Shown here piece by piece: positions 18,060 to 26,803 of a stretch of 60,712 nucleotides of DNA (the stretch's first letter is position 1; each line of letters opens with the position of its first letter). This DNA comes from Candidatus Nomurabacteria bacterium (GTDB taxonomy: Bacteria; Patescibacteriota; Minisyncoccia; Phycocordibacterales; SBAW01), in contig CALREW010000001.1 in the NCBI GenBank assembly GCA_943356415.1, forward strand, positions 289,900 to 350,611. The letters are read 5' to 3'. The notes beneath the pieces are model-generated. The model saw only the letters and a list, made by a program, of their open reading frames with translations. It was not told the origin of the DNA and did no database searches. A program made the translations under genes and the position numbers.

Positions 18060-18105
18060 AAAGGTACACTCATATGATCCTATAGGATCATATGAGTGTA
18101 CCTTT
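18060..18105. repeat. Palindromic site 3 (perfect 46-bp palindrome)
   Basis: AAAGGTACACTCATATGAT-CCTATAGG-ATCATATGAGTGTACCTTT. Confidence 0.92.
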
Positions 18106-18156
18106 TAGAAAAAATTTTGCGTAGAAAATTTTAGTTAAAAAATAAAAATCAGAAAC

Positions 18157-19065
18157 TTAGAGACCGGAGATCTGGTAGAGCCTGGTGCCATCTTTCACGA
18201 TAAGGTCTCCATCTATGATGCGGAAATCAACACCGCGACGAGAGAAGAGCGAAACAAGAAGCGGACGCGGGCGGATGTCACCTTCGATAAGATAGACGCC
18301 ACTTTCTTTAGTGGCATATACAATGCCACCACCATAGAAGCGTGCGGAGGTGGTCGTCTCTTTCCCCTTCTCTACCGTAATATCACGTACGCACGAAGAC
18401 GGCGTTAGGCAGAAGTTGCTCGGAATAGTCGTGGTTGAGCGGGCCCAGTGGAGGCGTACGTTACCGTTTTCGACATACAACTCCGAGCCGCCCTGCGCGT
18501 CATCTGGTAGAGGACCTAGTACCGCGAGTTCTTCATCGGTGGTCGTTGAAAGCCCGGCGCGGTCTGCAACTTTTTGGCGCGTCGTGGCAGATGTCGTCGC
18601 GACTGATTTGAACTCTTCAAGATAGCCATCGTAGGTGGTGCGCGAGACGCCGAGCGTGGTTGTCGATGTCGTAGTAGCGCCGCGCACCAGTTCAAAGGTC
18701 TCAAGCTGTTGGGGCACGAGAAGCGCGCTTGCGTCAGTTACCAGATACTTTTCAACAACGATTGTTTTGTACCACGGGTAGTATCCGTCAATTGAGACAT
18801 TCAAAACGTAGCTACCTGGAGCAAGATCTGCTTCATAAAACGCGCGATTGAAAAGACTGCTCTGTCCGAGTGCTTTGCCATTCAGTGTCACCTCAGCCCC
18901 TGAGAGTGGGACCGATACATACATTCCGCCCGTTGGTACAAGAGAAAAACCACCACCGAGGCGAAAGCCCGTAGCGTAAAGAATGGCAAGCGGAATAACG
19001 ATAATAAAAAAGACGATGAACAGCACAAAATAGCGCATGCGCGTCCTCGCTGAGAGCGGGTCCAT
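18157..19065 (-). CDS. PEGA-domain membrane protein
   Basis: N-terminal TM, GGMYVSVPLSGAEVTLNG, LAPGSYVLNVSIDGYYPW. Confidence 0.8.
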   Translation of the reverse strand: MDPLSARTRMRYFVLFIVFFIIVIPLAILYATGFRLGGGFSLVPTGGMYVSVPLSGAEVTLNGKALGQSSLFNRAFYEADLAPGSYVLNVSIDGYYPWYKTIVVEKYLVTDASALLVPQQLETFELVRGATTTSTTTLGVSRTTYDGYLEEFKSVATTSATTRQKVADRAGLSTTTDEELAVLGPLPDDAQGGSELYVENGNVRLHWARSTTTIPSNFCLTPSSCVRDITVEKGKETTTSARFYGGGIVYATKESGVYLIEGDIRPRPLLVSLFSRRGVDFRIIDGDLIVKDGTRLYQISGL

Positions 19066-19067
19066 GG

Positions 19068-19394
19068 CTATAGCTTATAGCCTTTAGCCAAGCGCTTCCA
19101 GCGAGTAGTTAGTTGCATTTCTCCAACCACATAGCGACACCCCTCAGGGCCTGCTGTCGCGTTGTGGCGTTCTCCTCGGTTTATTTCAATCTCCTGGCCT
19201 GGGTGGAGTGTGAAGTCCTCCATTTTATCGACCCTCAACACGTTAATTCTCATTTCACCCGCCACGATAACAAGCTTCGTTTCGAACGGATGTTCGTGTT
19301 CTTCTTCTATTTCGTCAGGTGGCGCATCCCACGCATACACATTGTCATAGCCCTCGAGTTTTAAATCAGCGACAATTGTTTCTTCGCTCTTCAT
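19068..19394 (-). CDS. Cupin-domain protein
   Basis: EHEHPFE...GEM and GERHNATAGPEGC cupin motifs. Confidence 0.8.
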   Translation of the reverse strand: MKSEETIVADLKLEGYDNVYAWDAPPDEIEEEHEHPFETKLVIVAGEMRINVLRVDKMEDFTLHPGQEIEINRGERHNATAGPEGCRYVVGEMQLTTRWKRLAKGYKL

Positions 19395-20932
19395 TATGAA
19401 GTTCGCGCTTTGGGTGTCACCCAGAATCCCATGTACTTTCCAATCATCAAACGCAATTGGGTTTCGAGCCCCGGTATCGCGCTAAAGGCCACCATCGTAA
19501 AGGGTACGAGTATCCACTGCCCCACCATAAGAAGGCTTCGGCGCCAGGTGTACGCTTCTGGACGCTCTGGGATAAGCGCCATACAAAACATAGCCGAGAA
19601 AATAAGACCGACCATGGCGAGCGTGAGGAATGCTTTCACCACGATAGGAAGGTTGTATGAGAGTACCGTCGAGTTAAACGCGTGCCCTCCAACGATAAGC
19701 GGCATCCACCCAACAAGAAAAAGAATGAGCGGGCTTGTTGCAAGAGACCAAAAGCCTTCGATCTGTACTCCAATGGCACGCCACTTTTTTGCACGTGGGA
19801 TGCGTGGGTTTTTGAGACAGTTGAACATGATGTATGGCACGTTCTCAACGCCCCACGTCCAGCGGCGATGTTGCTTGTAGAGATTTACCACTGTCTGCCA
19901 CCAGTTGGCACCAATGTTTGCGTCCATCGAAACTGGGTATGAGATCGGCACCACCTCGTAGTCGCCATCGTAGTGAACAAAAAGATTCCAATAGATGCGC
20001 GAATCTTCAGAGACAATGTTTTTCTGCCAATACCCTGCTTCGTGTAGTGCCTTAAAGGAGAGTGCGTGTGAGGAAAACGTAGCAAGCTTTTCAGGACGCT
20101 CCTGCTGCACCATCTGCCAGAAGGTTGAGGAGTAGGCCAAAACGCGGGAGAGCGTGGGTGCTTCCCAAATGTTGTTGTTGTAAAGAGGCACCGGCTGGAG
20201 CGACACGCGCTCGGGGCGCTCTGCGGTGAGGTAGTGCCAGGAGAGGCACGTAAAGTATTGCTCGTAGACAACGGTGTCTATATCGAACGCAGAAACCAAC
20301 ACATTTTCGTATGCGAGTTTATGTGCATCGAGTATGCGCGTGCGAGCTTCTCGAGCAGCGTAGGCAATATTGGAGCCCTTGCCAGCCAACTCTCCCGGAA
20401 CATCGGCAGGATGGATCGTAACGATAAGGTCAAGGAATTCTTTGCCAAACTCGCGACGAATGCGCTCTGCAATGGCGTGCGCTTCTTTGCCGGCACGCTC
20501 TTCTGATGCAATAACAACAGCAAGTTTCTTTTTATCCCAATCGCTCTTAACAAGTGCGCGGACACTTTCTGCAGCTACTTCGTAACTTTCTTTGTAAAAG
20601 GGGAAGATAACGAGATGCGTGAGTTGGTCGTACTTGACTGTCGCGAGCCTTTCGCGCCATTTAACCTCCATATTGTGACGAAGCCGTTTGAAGTTGTACC
20701 GCAAATGCATTGAGAGATAGAGCGTTTTGAGCAACCAATACACTGAGAATGCGATGGTGACATAGGCTGCATAGGTTGGCGCCAGAAAAGAGAGTGCGAT
20801 AAAAATACCGAGCGTTCCAAACGAAAGAACGCCTGGCAGAATCTCAAGCGCGCGATATAAAAAGCGGTCGCGTCCAACAAGGTCCCGTGCGGAACCGACG
20901 TGTATGTACGGATGCGTATTACTCGTCTGCAT
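19394..20932 (-). CDS. Processive-type family 2 glycosyltransferase (multi-TM)
   Basis: PFYKE, GKGSN, FDID, SED, QHRRW (D,D,D,QxxRW) with flanking TM helices. Confidence 0.88.
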   Translation of the reverse strand: MQTSNTHPYIHVGSARDLVGRDRFLYRALEILPGVLSFGTLGIFIALSFLAPTYAAYVTIAFSVYWLLKTLYLSMHLRYNFKRLRHNMEVKWRERLATVKYDQLTHLVIFPFYKESYEVAAESVRALVKSDWDKKKLAVVIASEERAGKEAHAIAERIRREFGKEFLDLIVTIHPADVPGELAGKGSNIAYAAREARTRILDAHKLAYENVLVSAFDIDTVVYEQYFTCLSWHYLTAERPERVSLQPVPLYNNNIWEAPTLSRVLAYSSTFWQMVQQERPEKLATFSSHALSFKALHEAGYWQKNIVSEDSRIYWNLFVHYDGDYEVVPISYPVSMDANIGANWWQTVVNLYKQHRRWTWGVENVPYIMFNCLKNPRIPRAKKWRAIGVQIEGFWSLATSPLILFLVGWMPLIVGGHAFNSTVLSYNLPIVVKAFLTLAMVGLIFSAMFCMALIPERPEAYTWRRSLLMVGQWILVPFTMVAFSAIPGLETQLRLMIGKYMGFWVTPKARTS

Positions 20933-20942
20933 GCGTTTTTAC

Positions 20943-21018
20943 TGGAGCCGCCTCTCGGGCTCGAACCGAGGACCCTCACTTTACAAAAGTGGCGCTCTAC
21001 CAACTGAGCTAAGGCGGC
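20943..21018 (-). tRNA. tRNA-Thr: tRNA-Thr (anticodon TGT), CCA encoded, discriminator U73
   Basis: 76-nt cloverleaf GCCGCCT...AGGCGGC-TCCA; D-arm AGCTCAGTTGGTAGAGC; loop TT-TGT-AA; T-arm GGTTCGAGCC. Confidence 0.97.
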
Positions 21019-21030
21019 GACTTCGCTATA

Positions 21031-21453
21031 TTACCCTTCCTGCTGTTCGACCGCTTCCCCCTCCCCTTTCTTCTCTTCTTTAGAAAGCAGGCGCTTGTAG
21101 GCTGCCACTTCACGTAAGAAGTGCGAGGCTTGGCCGCTTTGTTCAAGCTTGCGGGGTGCGCGGCGCAGGTGTTTTAACCCGCCCTCAAGCATGTTTTCAA
21201 GACCCATGAGCGCTTTGGCAATACCGAAGCTTGCATACGCACGAACGATGCGCGTCGTGAGCCGAGCAGCGCGCGCGGTCGCGTGCGGCATCGTCTTCTT
21301 TATATTTTCAAAGCGCTTATCGAGCGCTTCCCCTGCGCGTTGTCGCATGCCAGAGAAGAAAAAGCGACCAAACCGATCTTCGGCGGCTTTGAACCCAATA
21401 AGGCCGACGAGGCCTAGTATCGAGATGCCGAGGATTATTATTGCGATATACAT
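21031..21453 (-). CDS. Hypothetical membrane-anchored protein
   Basis: N-terminal TM; fits between tsf and the tRNA in the same orientation. Confidence 0.7.
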   Translation of the reverse strand: MYIAIIILGISILGLVGLIGFKAAEDRFGRFFFSGMRQRAGEALDKRFENIKKTMPHATARAARLTTRIVRAYASFGIAKALMGLENMLEGGLKHLRRAPRKLEQSGQASHFLREVAAYKRLLSKEEKKGEGEAVEQQEG

Positions 21454-21495
21454 TGCTGTGTGCGCACTATCTTCCTCTTTGGCGCAGCTTCTCTA

Positions 21496-22083
21496 CTAGC
21501 GGACCGTAAAGATGGCCAGATTGGTCACCTCGGTACGCTCGCCAAACTTCTGCACCGCCGCATCCGTGAGCGACTTGATGGTTTTCGAATCATCCTTGAT
21601 GTACGGCTGCTCGTTTAGCACAAGCATCGCAAGCTGTGCTGAAACCTTGCCTTCAAGGATTTTCTCCTGAATATCAGCGGGCTTGGTCGTATCAACCTCT
21701 TTGCGAAGCGATTCGCGTAGTTCGTTTAGCATCGACTCAGGAACATCCTCACGCTTGATATAGCGCGGTCGCATAGCAGCTGCGTGCATGGCGATGTCGT
21801 AGGCGAGGCGCGAAAACTCCTCGTTTTTCGCAACGAAATCCGTCTCACACGAAAGCGTTACCATGGCACCTATTTCTTTGTTCGAGTGGATGTACGAACC
21901 GACTACGCCAGCAGCAAGCGTGCGGTCAGTTTTCTTGCCTGCAATATCACGGCTCTTCATCGCCAAAATGGCGAGCGCCTTTTGCATGTCTCCCTGCGCT
22001 TCTTCAAGCGCCTTCTTGCACTGCATGACCGAAATGCCAGTCGAATCTCGTAGCTCCTTGATTGCTTCAGTGGTGATTTCCAT
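21496..22083 (-). CDS. tsf: Elongation factor Ts (short form)
   Basis: IKELRDSTG.SVMQCKKAL, SCETDFVAKN, QPYIKD; downstream of rpsB. Confidence 0.96.
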   Translation of the reverse strand: MEITTEAIKELRDSTGISVMQCKKALEEAQGDMQKALAILAMKSRDIAGKKTDRTLAAGVVGSYIHSNKEIGAMVTLSCETDFVAKNEEFSRLAYDIAMHAAAMRPRYIKREDVPESMLNELRESLRKEVDTTKPADIQEKILEGKVSAQLAMLVLNEQPYIKDDSKTIKSLTDAAVQKFGERTEVTNLAIFTVR

Positions 22084-22104
22084 AGGTACTTTTTTGTAAC
22101 TCAT

Positions 22105-22143
22105 TCAACGAACAAACGAAACGCCTCGATAGGCGTTCGTTGA
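22105..22143 (-). terminator. rpsB-tsf intergenic hairpin (attenuator-like)
   Basis: Minus strand AACGAACGCCT-atcg-AGGCGTTTCGTTTGTTCGTTGA, a GC stem with a U-rich tail. Confidence 0.55.
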
Positions 22144-22146
22144 GAC

Positions 22147-22887
22147 TTAAGCGCCTGTTGTCGGAAGCTCAGGGAGTGCCTCCTCGCGAAGCGGAACCTG
22201 CGCTTTCTTTCCTTCCTCCCATGCGGTCTTCAGGTGAGAGAGGAAGAACTCAATGGACTGCATCGTTGCGTCGTTTGCCGTAACTGGGTAGTCGATAATG
22301 CTTGCGTCGCAATCAGAGTTGAGGAGTGCCACAACTGGAATTTTCATTTTCTTTGCTTCAGTAACTGCAATCTTCTCGCGGCGTGGGTCGATGACAACCA
22401 TGGCTTTCGGAAGACCTGTGAGTGACTGGAGACCGCCGAACATAGACGTTAGGTCATCGATTTCGCGGTCGATAAGAAGGCGTTCAAGTTTGGTGAACTT
22501 GGCAAGCTCACCCTTCTCACGCTTGTCGGTGAGATCGCGGAGACGTTCGATGCGCTTCTTTATTTCAGACCAGTTGGTGAGAGAACCTCCGATAAAGCGG
22601 CCGGCCGAGTATGGGATATCAAGAGACTGTGCCGTGCGAACAACTGCTTCGCGTGCCTCCGCTTTACCACCTACGAGAAGGATAGTTTCACGGTCTGCGG
22701 CAACAGTACGTACAAAATTCATCGCTCGCTCGAGGAGTACGGCAGTCTGTTCAAGGTCAAAAATCTCCGAGCCTCCTTTCGCGCCGAAGAGGTACTTCGA
22801 GACGCTCGGGTGGCGGCGGGAACGGGTATAGCCGAAGTGTGCTCCGGCTTTGAAGAGATTATCTATGAGGCCCTGGTTTTCCGCCAT
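22147..22887 (-). CDS. rpsB: 30S ribosomal protein S2
   Basis: AGAHFG, IFDL, GGSLTNW, VIDP..EKIAV.EA, NDA; start at MAEN (22887). Confidence 0.97.
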   Translation of the reverse strand: MAENQGLIDNLFKAGAHFGYTRSRRHPSVSKYLFGAKGGSEIFDLEQTAVLLERAMNFVRTVAADRETILLVGGKAEAREAVVRTAQSLDIPYSAGRFIGGSLTNWSEIKKRIERLRDLTDKREKGELAKFTKLERLLIDREIDDLTSMFGGLQSLTGLPKAMVVIDPRREKIAVTEAKKMKIPVVALLNSDCDASIIDYPVTANDATMQSIEFFLSHLKTAWEEGKKAQVPLREEALPELPTTGA

Positions 22888-22950
22888 GACGCGGTCTACC
22901 GTATCACAAGGATTAGGCTTCCGCAACCTACGTAAGGCCCCAATAACGCC

Positions 22951-23925
22951 TTATTCTTCGTCTTCTGTAGGAGTTGAACCTCCGCCTTTTTCGATAAGCG
23001 CGTCGATAATGTCGCCTATCTCGCCTTTCATAATAGTCGGCAGATTGTGCCAAGACTCCTTGATGCGATGGTCGGTCACGCGATCCTGCAGCACGTTGTA
23101 CGTGCGTATTTTCTCAGAGCGGTCGCCTGCACCAAGAGACTCTTTGCGCTCTTGAGCAATTTTCCTCGCTTGCTCAGTCTCGTGCATCGTTTCGAGCTTT
23201 GCAGTAAGCACTTGCATCGCTTTCTCGCGGTTCTGCGCTTGGCTGCGTTCAGATGTGCAGCGCGCGTCGATACCCGTCGGCTTGTGAATAAGGCGCACTG
23301 CCGTTTCAACTTTGTTGACGTTCTGCCCACCCGCACCGCCCGAGCGTGAGAATTCGATCTCAATGTCTGCCGGGTTTATCTGTATCTTTGATTTCTTGCG
23401 GATGGGAAGAACGATGACGGAAGCTGCCGATGTGTGCACGCGGCCAGACTTTTCTGTCGCAGGCACCCGTTGCACGCGGTGCACGCCAGTCTCGAAGCGC
23501 AGACGCTCATAGACGCCGCGGCCACGCACCTCAAAGAGCGCTTCTTTATACCCACCAAGTGGACTCTTGGATTCATCGAGCGTTCGCACAGACCAGTCTT
23601 GCGTCGCCGCATACCCGCGATACATATTGGTGAGCTCTTCGGCAAAAAGAGCCGCTTCTTCGCCGCCGACACCTGCGCGTACTTCCAAAATTATCTCATT
23701 GGGAAAATCCTCTTCTGCCGCCTCTTTGGTAAGGATGCGTTCCATCTCATCGACGAGCACCTGCATATCGGCATTGATGCGTTTGAGTTCAGTGGCTGCA
23801 AGCTCGCCCATTTCGCCTTCCGCCATTGCCTTCACTTCATCTTCCTCGGCGACAAGACGCACCAAACTATCTGCAAGGTATGCAGTTTTTGGGTTTTCCT
23901 TATATTTGTTGAGGTCAATATCCAT
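22951..23925 (-). CDS. prfA: Peptide chain release factor 1 (N-terminally short)
   Basis: [17 protein letters not shown] (PxT), [20 protein letters not shown]. Confidence 0.96.
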   Translation of the reverse strand: MDIDLNKYKENPKTAYLADSLVRLVAEEDEVKAMAEGEMGELAATELKRINADMQVLVDEMERILTKEAAEEDFPNEIILEVRAGVGGEEAALFAEELTNMYRGYAATQDWSVRTLDESKSPLGGYKEALFEVRGRGVYERLRFETGVHRVQRVPATEKSGRVHTSAASVIVLPIRKKSKIQINPADIEIEFSRSGGAGGQNVNKVETAVRLIHKPTGIDARCTSERSQAQNREKAMQVLTAKLETMHETEQARKIAQERKESLGAGDRSEKIRTYNVLQDRVTDHRIKESWHNLPTIMKGEIGDIIDALIEKGGGSTPTEDEE

Positions 23926-23967
23926 AGACACGAACCTCGGCGAGCGCCGAGGTTCTAAAGGAGCAAT

Positions 23968-24189
23968 CTATTTACCCTGCTTTTTAGCAGAAGCGGCCTG
24001 GCGCGACTTGAAGCGCTCAACACGGCCAGCGGTATCCATAAGCTTATCGCCACCGGTGTAAAACGGGTGGCAGGCGCTGCAGATTTCAACGGAAATAGCC
24101 TCCTTCGTCGAGCCGACGACAAATGAGTTCCCACAGGCGCAAGTCACCTTGGACTCGGCTATGTATGCTGGGTGGACATCCGTTTTCAT
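23968..24189 (-). CDS. rpmE: 50S ribosomal protein L31
   Basis: [23 protein letters not shown]. Confidence 0.97.
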   Translation of the reverse strand: MKTDVHPAYIAESKVTCACGNSFVVGSTKEAISVEICSACHPFYTGGDKLMDTAGRVERFKSRQAASAKKQGK

Positions 24190-24231
24190 GCAGGCAAAAT
24201 ACCATCCGTTAGAAGCTTTTGCAAGAGCCGC

Positions 24232-25263
24232 CTAGGAGACTCTCTGGGAGAATGGTTGGGAGAGTGGCTGAGCCGAGGCCTCACGTTTAAGTGCTCCATA
24301 AATCTCGCGCATAGAGCCGAACACCGTTTTCTCCTCGTGGGGAATGCCGTGCGCTACACAATACGCTTTGACCACGTCTCGCGCCTGTCTAAATTTAAAA
24401 CGTGACACGCGCGTAAATACATGATGCTCTATCTGGAAGTTAAGGCCGCCGAAGAGATACGTGACGAGTCGTGACGGCCCAAGGTTTCTACTGAGAGTAA
24501 TCTGGTGCGTCCACAAAAATGGGTCTTCAGCGCTGAGGATATCCTGGCCCTTGTGGTTGGGTGCAAAAATGAGTCCCATGTATATCCCTGTTGTGGCGAT
24601 GGCGATACCAAGGAAAAGCATGACGACAGCAACCGGGAGACTCGAGAACAAAATAAAAAAGATGAGGAAGAAATGTACCGCGACGAGCAGAAGCTCGGAT
24701 ACGCGCGTCATATCCATGCGGGAAAAAATATGATCGAAGGATGCGCGCAGATAGCTTGGATACACTGCCGGCAGGACAATAAAAAAGATGATGTGCTGAT
24801 GCGAACGAAACAAACGATCGAGAAAATTCGTGCGACTACTACGCTGCTTCTCTGAAAAACAAAACGGTATATCAATATCTGGGTCGTCGCCTACTCGATT
24901 GGGATGTTTGTGGTGTGCGTTGTGCCATTCATACCACTTCTCTTGACTGAGGCCTGCAAAAAGACCCCAGGCAATGGTTCCAAAAATGGCGTTCAATCGA
25001 TCCGATGCAAATATCTGTTTATGCGAGAGGTCATGTCCGAGTGCGCCCCACTGAACCGTAAGGAATCCAAAGAAAATCGCATTCAGTGCCTGAAGTGGTA
25101 TTGAGTCACTTACCGTAAGAAAATAGAGACTTGCGCCATATCCGCAGACAAGAAGTACCGCCAGAAATCCATACCGCCATAGGGTTCTCTTGTAGAGACC
25201 AGTCTCCTCAGCTGCCGCTACAAGTTCGTCGTACGAAGGGGTGGTGAGAGACTCAGTCGTCAT
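24232..25263 (-). CDS. Membrane fatty-acid desaturase family protein
   Basis: Three His boxes HDLSH, HNAHH and QIEHH; GGLNFQIEHH; GDDPDI; multiple TM helices; start at MTTE (25263). Confidence 0.9.
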   Translation of the reverse strand: MTTESLTTPSYDELVAAAEETGLYKRTLWRYGFLAVLLVCGYGASLYFLTVSDSIPLQALNAIFFGFLTVQWGALGHDLSHKQIFASDRLNAIFGTIAWGLFAGLSQEKWYEWHNAHHKHPNRVGDDPDIDIPFCFSEKQRSSRTNFLDRLFRSHQHIIFFIVLPAVYPSYLRASFDHIFSRMDMTRVSELLLVAVHFFLIFFILFSSLPVAVVMLFLGIAIATTGIYMGLIFAPNHKGQDILSAEDPFLWTHQITLSRNLGPSRLVTYLFGGLNFQIEHHVFTRVSRFKFRQARDVVKAYCVAHGIPHEEKTVFGSMREIYGALKREASAQPLSQPFSQRVS

Positions 25264-25303
25264 TTTTGCAACCGTTGCATTGTAACTCAAAAGAGACAGC
25301 TGC

Positions 25304-26674
25304 CTAGTTATCCTTAAGGAAGTCGATGTCGCCCTGATACTTATCGGCAAAGGAAAGAACGCTCGCGGCATAATTGAGCCCGCTCTTCTGCCAGTTACCA
25401 CCAGCGTAGTAGCGCGCTGCAGCTTCACGCTCTGCGCTGTAGGTTCCTTTGTTCGCCCCAAGGTCTTTTAGATAGAGTGCGGTTGCGGTAATAGCGTCCT
25501 TAGCATTCCATGGGTCAGGCGTAGAAACGCCAAGCGCCGCCGAAAGCCGCTTCTCGTATATCTTCCACGTCGAAGGGATAAACTGCGACGGACCCATCGC
25601 ACCCCCGTACCCAACTGACTGCGGACACGAAACCACCGTCGAATACGGGTCGCGTCCCAGGCGATCGAGAAGATCGAGGAACGGTGGTATATCGCGATCT
25701 GCTTTCATTACATTGTTAAACACCGTGCCGGTATTCTTTCCTTTCCCAGCACCCGTTTCAGTATTGGTCACCAAACACTGACCAACATTCGCTCCGAGAT
25801 TAGTTTCCTGCCGTAAAATGGCGAGGATAAAAGCCGTGCGCACGCCAGTCGTCTGCGACGCAAACGATGCGTATTCAAGCGCTTTTGCAAAGGGTATTCC
25901 CTGCGCATCTCGCAGTTCGAACAATGCGTTTCGAATAGCCGCTGCACGTTTTTGCCGCTCAGCAAGCACTGCCTGGTAGGATTTCTCTTCGTTTGTGGTG
26001 ATGGTAAGGAGTTGTTTCTTTTCAGTCTCGTTTTTCTTTATCTGCGCCCGCTTTGCTTCTACTTCATACCGAGCGTCAAGTTCTTCATTCTTTTTCTCAT
26101 CGAGTGCGGCACGTTCATCTTCAGTCTCAGCTTTTACTGAACGAATTTCATTGAAGCGCTCCTGCAGGCTCTGGTTAACGGTATCTATCGCGTCAATATC
26201 AGCAAAGAATGAAGAGAGTCCTTCGCCGCCAAGCGCGATCGCCGCAAGTGGATACGTGTCGGACTCATTTTTTTGGCGCAACAATTTACCAAGCGACTCA
26301 CGCCCAGCAGAGAGACGTGACTCGAGTCCTGTAATGCGCTTCGTTTTCTCGTTTATCTCACCTGCGATGTTTGAGATGGAAATATTTTTGGCACGTATTT
26401 GTGTCTCAGCTTGCTTTATCTGAGCATTAAGTGCGGTAACGTCACCCGTGAGTGTCTTTTTCTTGGCACGCGTATCGTCGAGCACTTTCTGCCACTCGGC
26501 TATCTCTTGCTGCAGCTGGTCATACTCCGCGCGCAGTCGAGTTTTGTCTTCTTCGGTGAGCCCTTGGGCGTGAAGCGTAGGAGGTATCACCGCCGCATAC
26601 ATGCCGACCACTACAACAAGACTTGCAATCGCAAGGAAAAACAGGCGAAAAGAACTCGGGACCGAAAGCCGCAT
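25304..26674 (-). CDS. Exported coiled-coil protein with C-terminal lytic murein transglycosylase (SLT-like) domain
   Basis: Signal/TM, long heptads, AILRQET (catalytic E), GAMGPSQFIPSTW, DPWN..DAI. Confidence 0.88.
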   Translation of the reverse strand: MRLSVPSSFRLFFLAIASLVVVVGMYAAVIPPTLHAQGLTEEDKTRLRAEYDQLQQEIAEWQKVLDDTRAKKKTLTGDVTALNAQIKQAETQIRAKNISISNIAGEINEKTKRITGLESRLSAGRESLGKLLRQKNESDTYPLAAIALGGEGLSSFFADIDAIDTVNQSLQERFNEIRSVKAETEDERAALDEKKNEELDARYEVEAKRAQIKKNETEKKQLLTITTNEEKSYQAVLAERQKRAAAIRNALFELRDAQGIPFAKALEYASFASQTTGVRTAFILAILRQETNLGANVGQCLVTNTETGAGKGKNTGTVFNNVMKADRDIPPFLDLLDRLGRDPYSTVVSCPQSVGYGGAMGPSQFIPSTWKIYEKRLSAALGVSTPDPWNAKDAITATALYLKDLGANKGTYSAEREAAARYYAGGNWQKSGLNYAASVLSFADKYQGDIDFLKDN

Positions 26675-26754
26675 ATGCATCAGTATATCAAACCCGTGAG
26701 AGAGCTTTTTAATTCTGAGAGGCACTTCACACGAAGTCTCTCCTGAGGTAAACG

Positions 26755-26786
26755 AAAAAGGAGCGCATGTGCTACGCTCCTTTTTT
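26755..26786 (-). terminator. Intrinsic terminator after rplY
   Basis: AAAAAGGAGCG-loop-CGCTCCTTTTTT, symmetric. Confidence 0.8.
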
Positions 26787-26803
26787 CCCGTATCAGATTT
26801 TTC

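Noticed and set aside
13954-18105. Palindromes as a CRISPR array with the 14015 gene as cas2
   Set aside because: The copies are 0.6 and 3.4 kb apart with whole genes between, two are inverted, there is no cas1 or other cas gene, and the protein has a wHTH plus PaaX-type domain
20943-21018. tRNA-Thr as a prophage/island integration site
   Set aside because: I found no duplicated tRNA 3' end and no integrase; flanks are ordinary lineage genes
25264-25461. 66-aa N-terminal extension of the desaturase ORF
   Set aside because: It overlaps the 3' end of the transglycosylase gene; a TACAAT -10 lies just upstream of ATG 25263
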